Shown piece after piece: positions 8,178 to 17,022 of a stretch of 64,000 nt of DNA. The translations under genes and the position numbers were made by a program. Source of the stretch: an uncultured Candidatus Saccharibacteria bacterium (GTDB taxonomy: Bacteria > Patescibacteriota > Minisyncoccia > Phycocordibacterales > UBA1006). The DNA lies in the NCBI GenBank assembly GCA_964415895.1, contig CAYQCC010000005.1, positions 875-64,874 of the forward strand, written 5' to 3'. Numbering within the stretch: position 1 is the stretch's first letter; every line of letters starts with the position of its first letter. The notes below the pieces were generated by a model, which was not told where the DNA came from, ran no database searches, and saw only the letters and a program-made list of their open reading frames with translations.

Positions 8178-9038
8178 TTAATCATTATGGCTTGCCTCGA
8201 TTTTCCCTTGTAAGGTTCGTAGTTCTCCGAGCCATTTCTTTTCTTGTTCCGCATTTGGTGGTGTTCCGTGCCACTTGTAATCAAATTCGATTTCCTTCAC
8301 ACCTTTTCCAGGAATCGTGTGTGCAATAATAACCGTTGGTTTTTCAAATATAGTTTTTGCCATTTCGCATGCGTCAACAATTTCATTAAAGTTGTGTCCG
8401 TTGATTTCGATCACATGCCAATTAAATGCTCTCCATTTATCAGCAAGCGGTTCCAGTGGCATCACGTTTTCTGTCATGCCATCGATCTGAATATTGTTTC
8501 GATCAATGATCGCTGTTAGGTTTGAAAGTTTTTTATTTCCTGCAAACATGATTGCTTCCCATGTATTTCCTTCCTGAAGTTCCCCGTCTGACATGCAGCA
8601 ATACGTATGATTTTTCTTTCCATCCATACGAAGAGCGTATGCCATGCCTGATGCTTGGGACAATCCTGAACCAAGCGGACCTGAAGTGTTTTCCATTCCA
8701 GGCAACATGTGACGTTCTGGGTGACCTTGTAGCCTACTTCCAAATTTACGAAGCGTAAGCAATTCTTTTACGGGAAAATATCCAGCGTGAGCCATGGTTG
8801 CATAGCGCACTGGGACAATGTGACCATTTGATAGAATTAATCGATCGCGCTCTGACATATCTGGATTCTTTGGATCGTGATTCAAGACATGAAAATACAT
8901 GGCAGTAAAAATGTCTGTCATGCCAAGAGGTCCAGCCGTGTGGCCAGATTTTGCTTCTTCGAGCATTTCTAAAATAGACATACGGATATCATTTGCTTTT
9001 AGTTCAAGAGTTTTTACCTGTTCATCGGTGAGTGACAT
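8178..9038 (-). CDS. Transketolase, N-terminal (TPP-binding) subunit
   Basis: 286 aa with HTAGPLGMTDIF... and GHPE...GPLGSGLSQA...DGELQEGNTWEA motifs of transketolase subunit A. Confidence 0.9.
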   Translation of the reverse strand: MSLTDEQVKTLELKANDIRMSILEMLEEAKSGHTAGPLGMTDIFTAMYFHVLNHDPKNPDMSERDRLILSNGHIVPVRYATMAHAGYFPVKELLTLRKFGSRLQGHPERHMLPGMENTSGPLGSGLSQASGMAYALRMDGKKNHTYCCMSDGELQEGNTWEAIMFAGNKKLSNLTAIIDRNNIQIDGMTENVMPLEPLADKWRAFNWHVIEINGHNFNEIVDACEMAKTIFEKPTVIIAHTIPGKGVKEIEFDYKWHGTPPNAEQEKKWLGELRTLQGKIEASHND

Positions 9039-9065
9039 ATACCAAAGATTATATCATAAAATAAA

Positions 9066-9085
9066 GCGGCATGAAGCCGCCTTGT
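9066..9085. terminator. Terminator hairpin (GCGGC-atgaa-GCCGC) serving the minus-strand gene 9100-9621
   Basis: Read on the minus strand, the hairpin is followed by TTTATTTT. Confidence 0.55.
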
Positions 9086-9099
9086 AATAACAAACTATT

Positions 9100-9621
9100 C
9101 TAACGTGGAACGCTTGTCGTAAATGGTTGATCAAATGTAACAGTCGATTCATACGTACCGTCATTCGCTCCGTTTGAATAAACAAACTTATAAGCTTGCA
9201 TATAAAAATCCATCCACGGACCATGTGCTATTACCATTCCAAAATACGTGATCCGCGCCGTATCGTTTCTAACGATTTTATAGACATCCGATTCAGGCTC
9301 GGTTTCTGGAAGACTTGTCAGTGTTAATGGACGATACGGCGTATATTCATGAATAGTATCGTTTCCGCGAATGGTTACGTAGGTTCCAAAATTAATGGGA
9401 ACCTGTGAAAAATACATATCACTGTCGCCTGCAATGATATCAAACGTAATCCGAAAATGCATGTAGTACTTTCCAGAAAACGCGAGCGTATCCAAAAGAA
9501 TAGCTTCCGTCGATACAAGTGTTGCTGTGGGCTCTGTGCCGACAGCAATATGAGCTGATCGTTTTTTACATTGATTTGCAAGAATGCAAATAGTAATAAA
9601 GAAAATAATTTGTGTTTTCAT
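9100..9621 (-). CDS. Putative lipoprotein / secreted hypothetical protein
   Basis: Start placed at MKTQIIFFITICILANQC (signal peptide with a Cys). Beta-rich mature region. Confidence 0.45.
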   Translation of the reverse strand: MKTQIIFFITICILANQCKKRSAHIAVGTEPTATLVSTEAILLDTLAFSGKYYMHFRITFDIIAGDSDMYFSQVPINFGTYVTIRGNDTIHEYTPYRPLTLTSLPETEPESDVYKIVRNDTARITYFGMVIAHGPWMDFYMQAYKFVYSNGANDGTYESTVTFDQPFTTSVPR

Positions 9622-9681
9622 TTGTTTTGTTTTTGATTTAAAAGATTGTAGCAATGATGTATAAAATTAAAATAAAAAAAA

Positions 9682-9705
9682 TCCCAGCGCGTGCTGGGAT
9701 TTTTA
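9682..9705. terminator. Bidirectional terminator (TCCCAGCGC-g-TGCTGGGA plus TTTT)
   Basis: GC hairpin flanked by AAAAAAA and TTTT. Confidence 0.65.
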
Positions 9706-9723
9706 ACCAATATTGTTAAAATA

Positions 9724-10404
9724 TTAGTTCAAATTTTCCGAAAAGAAACTTATTAACTTTTGGATAACATTGCTTCGATTCTTTCTTTTTCCTTCTGAAA
9801 ACTTTCTAAATGCTAACGAATCTCCGTTTGAAATAATAATGGAATCAATATTGCAGAATTCCATTGTATCCAGATAATAAATATCAGGCATCAATTGATC
9901 TAATCCGCCGATAGAAAACTTATACACTAATGCTCTTTTATCATCATCTTCTGATAAAAAAAGAACATGCTTTTGTTCTGTGTATTGTCCTATCTTTTCA
10001 ATTTCCATAACTTTCCACAAAGGATGCTCCTTTTCGTGATACTGAGCTGTAGCAATGATGGAAAAGATTTCACGCTGTGTATACAACGTATACCAACTTA
10101 ACGTGTTTTTCAGATTAAATTCAAACGAATCAAATAAATTAGGGTCAATAAGTCTGAAACTCGGTTGCTTCCTTTGAGAGATGAAAAAGAATCCGTCAGG
10201 AAATTTAAATCCTTTCTTTTTAATCCAGTCTTCGGTACGAAATCGTAGGTTTTTTCCACGATAACCTCGTAACCCATAACTAATTGGCCACCAGTTATCA
10301 TTTGTCTGGTCATTCTGCACTTGAGAATCATTTTGATTTTCTTTTGTTTGTTGTTGATTCACATCAACTTTTTTTGTTTCTTTGATTTCTAAAACTGAAC
10401 TCAT
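9724..10404 (-). CDS. Hypothetical protein with a Gln/Asn-rich N-terminus
   Basis: 226 aa ORF with no recognisable motif. Confidence 0.45.
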   Translation of the reverse strand: MSSVLEIKETKKVDVNQQQTKENQNDSQVQNDQTNDNWWPISYGLRGYRGKNLRFRTEDWIKKKGFKFPDGFFFISQRKQPSFRLIDPNLFDSFEFNLKNTLSWYTLYTQREIFSIIATAQYHEKEHPLWKVMEIEKIGQYTEQKHVLFLSEDDDKRALVYKFSIGGLDQLMPDIYYLDTMEFCNIDSIIISNGDSLAFRKFSEGKRKNRSNVIQKLISFFSENLN

Positions 10405-10491
10405 GTTTTTTTGTTTTGGTTTGGTTATTAATATTTTAAAAAAGAACGAGCCAGTTATTATACTTATACTGAAGATAAAGTCAAGGATTTG

Positions 10492-11103
10492 CTAATAACC
10501 TGTGATTGCGTGAACGATAATTAACACTAATGGACTGATGAATTGCCATAGGACAAACGCAACCACAAACATTAAAATAAAACTATAACGTGATAATTCC
10601 ATGTATTTTGCACGAAGCGATCTTGGAAGAAGCGCGCTTATAATATGATGCCCATCAAGCGGTGGAATTGGAATTAAGTTAAATACTGCGAGTGAAATAT
10701 TAATAATCACAACCACTAAAAAGAATTGAAGCATGGGCGCGCTGAGTGTTACAAAGCGAACGACTAATCCAAATATAACAGCCAACATAATGTTCACCAT
10801 CGGACCAGCCGCTGCAACCAGCGCTCCGCCGTAACGTTCTTTAAACTGCGTGCCACGGATATTGCGCGGATCATATGGAACTGGTTTTGCCCAACCAAAT
10901 ACCACAGGTGACCCAGATAAAACAAAAATAAGCGGTAAGATAATTGACCCCATTGGATCAATATGAGGAATCGGATTTAGTGTTAAGCGACCCAATAATC
11001 GAGCCGTAGGATCACCTAAATATTCCGCCATGTATCCATGAGAAACCTCGTGTAGGATGATTGAAATAATAAGCACAATAAATGAAATAATCGGAAGTGA
11101 CAT
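10492..11103 (-). CDS. Site-2 protease family zinc metalloprotease (peptidase M50)
   Basis: HEVSH (HExxH) in TM1 and NLIPIPPLDGHH (LDG motif), in a polytopic membrane protein. Confidence 0.85.
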   Translation of the reverse strand: MSLPIISFIVLIISIILHEVSHGYMAEYLGDPTARLLGRLTLNPIPHIDPMGSIILPLIFVLSGSPVVFGWAKPVPYDPRNIRGTQFKERYGGALVAAAGPMVNIMLAVIFGLVVRFVTLSAPMLQFFLVVVIINISLAVFNLIPIPPLDGHHIISALLPRSLRAKYMELSRYSFILMFVVAFVLWQFISPLVLIIVHAITGY

Positions 11104-11135
11104 ATTGCCTGATTATACCCGAAAAATCGTTTCAA

Positions 11136-11252
11136 GGTAAATCTCGCCAAAAGCGGCGTGTTGAGATCGAGGACCGAACCCGCAGCACCGCAGGTGCGTG
11201 AGGGCGCTTGCGTTCCGCAGATCGAAAACAGCCGCTTTTGGCGAGATTTACG
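11136..11252. repeat. GC-rich structured element: 22-bp inverted repeat (GGTAAATCTCGCCAAAAGCGGC ... GCCGCTTTTGGCGAGATTTACG) enclosing the family-C core GAGATCGAGGACCGAACCCGCAGCACCGCAGGTGCGTGAGGG
   Basis: Seen directly. High-GC island between the M50 gene start (11103) and rpmB (11336). Confidence 0.5.
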
Positions 11253-11335
11253 GATATAAGCCAATAAGGCTTGCATTTTTCGGTCAATATGTTAGTATCA
11301 ACCCATTAATTGTTATTAAATAATCATCAAATTTT

Positions 11336-11581
11336 ATGGCTCGTACATGTGATATAACAGGAAAAGGCTCGCAGGTTGGTGGAGGTTACTCTAACCGTGT
11401 TCGTGCTACAAAATTCAACCCTACAGGATTGCGACGACGATACCCAAACCTACAGACAAAAACCTATATTGTTCCAGAATTGAACAACCAAAAGGTTAAA
11501 TTGACTGTTTCAACACGAGGTATGCGAACAATCACTAAAAACGGAATCTTCAAAGCATTGAAAGATGCAAAGATTATCTAG
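11336..11581 (+). CDS. rpmB: 50S ribosomal protein L28
   Basis: 81 aa; MARTCDITGKG...NRVRATKF matches the L28 signature. Confidence 0.9.
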   Translation: MARTCDITGKGSQVGGGYSNRVRATKFNPTGLRRRYPNLQTKTYIVPELNNQKVKLTVSTRGMRTITKNGIFKALKDAKII

Positions 11582-11590
11582 TAGTAAAAA

Positions 11591-11611
11591 AGCACCAAAT
11601 GGTGCTTTTTT
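11591..11611. terminator. Bidirectional terminator (AGCACC-aaat-GGTGCT plus TTTTTT)
   Basis: Hairpin and T tract directly after the rpmB stop. Confidence 0.75.
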
Positions 11612-11612
11612 A

Positions 11613-12515
11613 CTACTTTGAGCCAGAACATGTGATTGTGGTTCCGTCGGAAAGGCAATCAATGGTGCCTAATTGCGACGTTTCTAAAATTTGTGCATTT
11701 ACTGATTCGGCTCGCTCGATAACCTCTGGAGCTGGGTGACCATACTTATTTCCCAATCCTGCCGAAACAATAGCCGTTGTTGGGTGAACCACTTGTAAGA
11801 ATGCGTCGGAACTGGATGTTTTTGAACCGTGATGACCGAGTTTCAATACATCAGATTTCAATTGCGGACCATATGTCTTAACCAAATAATCCTCTACATC
11901 ACTTGGAGAATCACCCGTTAACAGAAATGATGTGTTGCCGTAGGAAACTCTTGCAACAATCGAAGCTTCGTTGGTTTCCCACCCTGTTGGATTTTGATCT
12001 GGAAATAGGATATCAATAACAACACCATGATTTTTATCAAGAATAATTCTCTCGCCAGATCGAGCAGTTAATTTATTTGCCTGCTCATTAATAACTTTTT
12101 GTCCAAACGTACGATCAATAAGTGTAGGTGAAGAAATCTCAGATTCGACAACTGTACCAACCTTAAAGCGATCCAACACATACGGAAATCCACCGATGTG
12201 ATCCGCATCTGAATGTGTTGCTAAAATCACATCGATCGTTCGATCAAAGAAATTCTTTTCCTCGCCTAATCGATCAATGACAGACTGGTCTGGGCCTGAA
12301 TCAATTAACAATTCCCTACCATTCGGCGCCTGAATCCAAATTGCGTCACCTTGACCAATATCCAAAAATGCAACATGAAGTGTTGGCGGCGCAAGAAGCG
12401 GTAATGCATTCATCATAATTAATGCTGCGAGTGATACCAAAAAACCCAATAGAATAATTGAGTTTTTTTGAATACTTGATCTAATAATTGTTCGAGTATT
12501 TTTTAGATGCTCCAT
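11613..12515 (-). CDS. Metallo-beta-lactamase fold protein, ComEC/Rec2 C-terminal-domain-like, membrane-anchored
   Basis: N-terminal TM/signal segment; HSDADHIGG and HHGS motifs of the MBL fold. Confidence 0.7.
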   Translation of the reverse strand: MEHLKNTRTIIRSSIQKNSIILLGFLVSLAALIMMNALPLLAPPTLHVAFLDIGQGDAIWIQAPNGRELLIDSGPDQSVIDRLGEEKNFFDRTIDVILATHSDADHIGGFPYVLDRFKVGTVVESEISSPTLIDRTFGQKVINEQANKLTARSGERIILDKNHGVVIDILFPDQNPTGWETNEASIVARVSYGNTSFLLTGDSPSDVEDYLVKTYGPQLKSDVLKLGHHGSKTSSSDAFLQVVHPTTAIVSAGLGNKYGHPAPEVIERAESVNAQILETSQLGTIDCLSDGTTITCSGSK

Positions 12516-12523
12516 AATGTATA

Positions 12524-13612
12524 TTATTCTAATTCAACAGGTTTTGGCTCTGTCGCACTTTCCTGCGCCAATGTAATACTTGTTTTTTCGCGATCATAAA
12601 TAATTTCGAGTATAAGCACAGCAAACGGAATAGCAATAATTGCACCAATCCAACCAATCAACTGAATCCAAGCAACAATGGATATCAACACAAGCAACAT
12701 CGGAATACCTACTGTCTTGTGGACGATCAATGGCTGAAACACATTTGCCTCAAGGAAGTTTAGAATAAGGAAGAAAATAAGCGCTGTGACTCCAAGCGAT
12801 GGACCTTGTGAAATGAAAATAATCGGAGTAACAACGATCGTTCCAACCGTCAGACCAAATGGAATAAGTTCCAAAAACGTTACAAGAATTGAAAGCAATA
12901 ATGCGTATGGAATTCCCATCAACGTAAATCCAATGAATCCGACGACACCTGCGATTAATGCCAAAATAAACTGTCCACCAAACCAATATCCAATTTTGTG
13001 TTCTACACGATCCCACAAATCAACAACGTATGATTCATATTTTAACGGAGTGATAGCTCTCAAAAAACTGTTGATACCACCTTCTTGAATAGACAAGAAA
13101 AACGAGATCACAAATACGAGCAATGTATCAGCAACGATTTTTACAACTGTTGTAATACCTGTTACCACAGAATCTGTCAGGTATACTTTCCAGAAGTTCT
13201 GGAGACCAGAAAGTCCAACCGATGTTCCTAGGATCGTCTGAAGCGATAATCCATCCTGCGATACGCGATTTAGCAATTTTGCCCAAGGACTCGCCTTTGG
13301 TAGATAACTTGCAAAGCCAGATAATTCACGGAATAATAACGGAAAGAATATAAATATCATCGCTGCTGCAATTCCAACAAACAAGAGATACATGATAATT
13401 ATTCCTAACATGCGCGGAATACGAATCTTTTTCAACACGCGCGCACCTACGTTTACAAACGATGCGATGATAACAGCTACTACGATGAGTAGAACGAAAT
13501 CGCGAACCGCCCATAATGCCAAGATTACTGCCGCACCAAGAGCAAGAACTGCAAAACTACGTGGCGTAATATCAACATGATAACGCACTGACTTTGGGTT
13601 ATGTTCTGTCAT
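12524..13612 (-). CDS. AI-2E family transporter (PerM/UPF0118)
   Basis: 362 aa polytopic membrane protein with the typical AI-2E helix layout. Confidence 0.8.
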   Translation of the reverse strand: MTEHNPKSVRYHVDITPRSFAVLALGAAVILALWAVRDFVLLIVVAVIIASFVNVGARVLKKIRIPRMLGIIIMYLLFVGIAAAMIFIFFPLLFRELSGFASYLPKASPWAKLLNRVSQDGLSLQTILGTSVGLSGLQNFWKVYLTDSVVTGITTVVKIVADTLLVFVISFFLSIQEGGINSFLRAITPLKYESYVVDLWDRVEHKIGYWFGGQFILALIAGVVGFIGFTLMGIPYALLLSILVTFLELIPFGLTVGTIVVTPIIFISQGPSLGVTALIFFLILNFLEANVFQPLIVHKTVGIPMLLVLISIVAWIQLIGWIGAIIAIPFAVLILEIIYDREKTSITLAQESATEPKPVELE

Positions 13613-13649
13613 ATACCAACAACTGTATCATTGATATTAAAAAAAGTCA

Positions 13650-14903
13650 TTATATGACTTTTTTTATTTCTGATTCTGTATGTGGACCCGTAATAACCAG
13701 GTGAAATTGATCTAACTTAAAATATTTCTTTGCTACTTTTGTAATATCTGAGATACTAACCGATCTAATTTCCTTCTCGAGCTCTGCAAGTGTTTTTTGA
13801 GGTTGGTTGAGAATTTCGTTCGAACCTACAAAGTTTGCAACATCATCGGATAGCTCCATTCCCATGTATAATCTACCAATCATGTATTCTTTTGTTTTTG
13901 AAAGTTCATTTTCAGAAACTGGCGTGTCAGATAACTTTTTCAGTTCGCCCTTGATAGCACTTAGTACTTCTGCGACACGTCTTGGTTCTGTACCAGTTGC
14001 AATAGCAAACTCGCCCGTATCGTCTGCTGATGAGAAATCTGAGTACACATAATATCCTGCGCCCATTTCTTCGCGCAACTTAAAAAATAAACGCGAACTC
14101 ATTCCTTGACCTAAGATTCCGTTTAATACAGACAGCGCGCGACGATCTGGATGATTCCCTGCAAGTGATCGTGTACCCATAATAATATGAGACTGATCTG
14201 TTTTTTTATTTTCAACAATAATTTTCGGCCCAGGTTTTGAACTAATCTTTTTCTTATTAACAACTGACTTTGTAGGAATAGCGGCGAATGCCTTTTTAAC
14301 CATTTCAATTGCTTCTTTTTCATTAATATTTCCTGTAATAACTACCACTGTTTTTTCTGCATGATAATGTTTCTTGTGATAATCAACAAAATCCTTTCTT
14401 GTAAAACGTTTAATGTTTTCTTTTGGCCCTGCGATCGTGTATCCTGCTGGCTGATTACCGTAGATTGATTCCAAAAAGGTGTATCCGATTTTGTGCTGTG
14501 GATTATCATTTATCATATCAATTTCGCCACATACTACGCCTTTTTCTTTCTCGATTTCAGCATCAGGAAATATTGAGTTTAGGTAGACATCAGCAACAAT
14601 ATCCAATAGCTTGGGAAATAGTTTTGCACGACCTTTTGCATGATAGCCAGTCATATCATAATTAGTATAAGCATTGCTTTGTGCGCCCATAGCTTCTAGT
14701 TCATAAGCAATTTCAAGTGCTGTGCGGCGCTTTGTTCCCTTGAAGCACATATGTTCCAAGAAATGTGACAAACCATTTGACTGCTCTGTTTCATAACGTG
14801 TTCCTGCAGCAACCCATACCTGTACCGTTACGGTTGGCGAATCTTTCATAGGCACCGTCATAATGCGTAATCCATTTTTAAGAGTTGTCTTTTTGATGTT
14901 CAT
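13650..14903 (-). CDS. Peptidase M16 family (insulinase-like) zinc protease
   Basis: Inverted zincin motif HFLEH...E. Start placed at MNIKKTTLKNG. Confidence 0.85.
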   Translation of the reverse strand: MNIKKTTLKNGLRIMTVPMKDSPTVTVQVWVAAGTRYETEQSNGLSHFLEHMCFKGTKRRTALEIAYELEAMGAQSNAYTNYDMTGYHAKGRAKLFPKLLDIVADVYLNSIFPDAEIEKEKGVVCGEIDMINDNPQHKIGYTFLESIYGNQPAGYTIAGPKENIKRFTRKDFVDYHKKHYHAEKTVVVITGNINEKEAIEMVKKAFAAIPTKSVVNKKKISSKPGPKIIVENKKTDQSHIIMGTRSLAGNHPDRRALSVLNGILGQGMSSRLFFKLREEMGAGYYVYSDFSSADDTGEFAIATGTEPRRVAEVLSAIKGELKKLSDTPVSENELSKTKEYMIGRLYMGMELSDDVANFVGSNEILNQPQKTLAELEKEIRSVSISDITKVAKKYFKLDQFHLVITGPHTESEIKKVI

Positions 14904-14975
14904 AGATTGGCAGTATAACAAAAAGGTCGCAATAGCGCGACCTTGTAACTTTCTACAATAATATGTAATTGTAGA

Positions 14976-15350
14976 TTAATTTTGTGGCTGGTACTCACTA
15001 ATATGATTTTTAATAAAATCCTTGAAAGCAATCTTCTTGTTATCTTTCCAAATATCAGGAGTTACTTCGTTGCCTAACAAATTAAATACTTCAGGTCGCA
15101 ATGCATTACTTGTAAGGAATTCATAAAATTCATCATTCATTTCGTTATCGAAAGCACGAAGTTCTATGAACACAAGGTTAATATCTTCTGTAGTTTTTAA
15201 TTCGTCAAAAAGTCTCTGCTTTTTTTGTTTGGAAAAATAATGAACGAAAATGTCATTATCTGATAATTTCCCCATACCAGATAAGATGTTTGGAATACGG
15301 CTGCTTGTTGAACCGTTTGTAATGATAAGAATCTTTTTACTTGTTGCCAT
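14976..15350 (-). CDS. Hypothetical small alpha/beta protein
   Basis: 124 aa. The N-terminal KKILIITNGS resembles a beta-alpha-beta start. No family assigned. Confidence 0.45.
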   Translation of the reverse strand: MATSKKILIITNGSTSSRIPNILSGMGKLSDNDIFVHYFSKQKKQRLFDELKTTEDINLVFIELRAFDNEMNDEFYEFLTSNALRPEVFNLLGNEVTPDIWKDNKKIAFKDFIKNHISEYQPQN

Positions 15351-15402
15351 CGTTTTTATTTTTGATTAATAGGCATATTACTCGAGTTTGTAGAAATGTC
15401 AA

Positions 15403-15424
15403 AACCGCCTATCCAGGCGGTTTT
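15403..15424. terminator. Terminator hairpin (AAACCGCC-tatcca-GGCGGTTTT) overlapping the glyQS stop
   Basis: Perfect GC stem with T tracts on both strands. Confidence 0.6.
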
Positions 15425-16829
15425 AATACTTCAACTTTTCAGCTAAATCAGCAATAGCTACGCGCTCCTGTGTCCCTGTATCACGGTTACGAATAGTAAC
15501 TGTATCGGCAAGTTCCGGTGCCTCGTTTCCAAGAGTTTCAAAATCGATCACGATACACCACGGTGTCCCAATCTCATCCTGACGTCGATATCGTTTTCCA
15601 ATGTTTCCATTATCATCGAATTCACAACGGAAATCTTTTCGAAGCATCTTGTACACTTCTTTCGCTTTTTCAACCAGTTCTGGTCGGTTTTTCAACAATG
15701 GAAATACTGCGCACGTAATCGGAGCAATTGAAGGATGAAGTTTAAGATATACACGCGTTTCACCTTTGTCGTCTACTTCTTCTGTATATGCATTATCCAA
15801 AAACATTAGCATTGTTCGAGCAAGTCCAGCAGATGTTTCCATAATATGTGGAGTAAATCGCTCTTTTGTTTCTTGGTCAAAGTAATCAAGATTCACGCCA
15901 GAGAATTTGCTGTGCTGAGACAAGTCCCAATCACCACGAGCATGAACTCCTTCTACCTCGTCGAACTTATCGAAGCATCCGAAATTATATTTAATATCGT
16001 ACGCATCGGTTGCATAATGGGCAAGCTTTTCATGTTTGTACCACTGTAATTTTTCACTTGGAATTCCGTGATCTAAATACCACTGCCACCGATATTCCTG
16101 CCACGCTTTGAACAGATCAACTGTTTGTGCAGGATTATGAAAATACTGCATTTCCATTTGTTCGAATTCTCGTGTTCGGAAAATAAATTGTCGTGCTGCA
16201 ATTTCATTTCGGAATGCTTTTCCAATTTGTGCAATTCCAAACGGAAGACTTGGATGCATAGAATCCATTGTATTTTTATATTCCAAGTAAATTCCTCCGC
16301 ATGTTTCAGGTCGCAAATACATTACGTTGTCTTCTGTTAATATATCAACGGGTGAACCAAAGTTTGATTTCACCATCAAAGAAAATGATCGCGCTGGCGT
16401 TAAGTCTGCAGACTTGCAATTTGGACACACCAATTTTTTATCAGCTCGCAACTTATCAAGTTCCGCATTGATCCATTCAACCGGTTGTTTATCAGCATCA
16501 ATTCCAAAACTTTCCAACATATGGTCCGCACGAAATCTGGATTTACAATTCTTACAATCTATTTGAGGATCATCAAAGTTCCCTACGTGACCTGACGCAA
16601 CCCATGCTTGTGAGTGCATGAAAATTGCACTGTCGAGCGCCACGACATCATCACGGTGTTGAATCATCGATTTCATCCATTCATTCTTTACATTTTCTTT
16701 CATTAAATAACCGTAATGACCATAATCATACACGCCAGCAAGTCCGCCATAAATTTCAGACGAAGGAAACACAAATCCGCGACGTTTACATAATGATACG
16801 ATTTTTTCCATTAAATCTTGATTTTCCAT
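15423..16829 (-). CDS. glyQS: Glycine--tRNA ligase, homodimeric (GlyQS) type
   Basis: 468 aa with class II aaRS motifs and GlyRS-specific segments (FRNEI...RxREFEQME...; the anticodon-binding C-terminus). Confidence 0.93.
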   Translation of the reverse strand: MENQDLMEKIVSLCKRRGFVFPSSEIYGGLAGVYDYGHYGYLMKENVKNEWMKSMIQHRDDVVALDSAIFMHSQAWVASGHVGNFDDPQIDCKNCKSRFRADHMLESFGIDADKQPVEWINAELDKLRADKKLVCPNCKSADLTPARSFSLMVKSNFGSPVDILTEDNVMYLRPETCGGIYLEYKNTMDSMHPSLPFGIAQIGKAFRNEIAARQFIFRTREFEQMEMQYFHNPAQTVDLFKAWQEYRWQWYLDHGIPSEKLQWYKHEKLAHYATDAYDIKYNFGCFDKFDEVEGVHARGDWDLSQHSKFSGVNLDYFDQETKERFTPHIMETSAGLARTMLMFLDNAYTEEVDDKGETRVYLKLHPSIAPITCAVFPLLKNRPELVEKAKEVYKMLRKDFRCEFDDNGNIGKRYRRQDEIGTPWCIVIDFETLGNEAPELADTVTIRNRDTGTQERVAIADLAEKLKY

Positions 16830-16974
16830 AATTCCCTGATACTACCATAATCCCTAAAAGTTTTCCACATATCCAAGTTGTCTCAAGTCAGACAAAAAGC
16901 TATAATATAAATGTAAGATTGCAGGGCACTGCCCTCCAATCTTACACGACTCCCACACTCTGTGAGGAGTTATT

Positions 16975-17016
16975 TATTTACACGAAAATCCCTTTTACGG
17001 GATTTTCGTGTAAATA
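16975..17016. terminator. Long perfect hairpin (ATTTACACGAAAATCCC-tttta-GGGATTTTCGTGTAAAT) downstream of gene 17023-18948
   Basis: Seen directly. Preceded by a second hairpin at 16916-16945. Confidence 0.55.
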
Positions 17017-17022
17017 GTCACA

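Noticed and set aside
7484-8284. Six-frame ORF start at 8284 overlapping the transketolase N-subunit gene by ~100 nt
   Set aside because: The overlap is in a different frame of a highly conserved gene. A start at MESIKTS (8173), just after the tkt stop, is more plausible.
16830-17022. T-box leader upstream of glyQS
   Set aside because: No T-box consensus (AANNNGGGTGGNACCGCG) and no specifier-loop architecture. The hairpins are better explained as terminators of the upstream gene.
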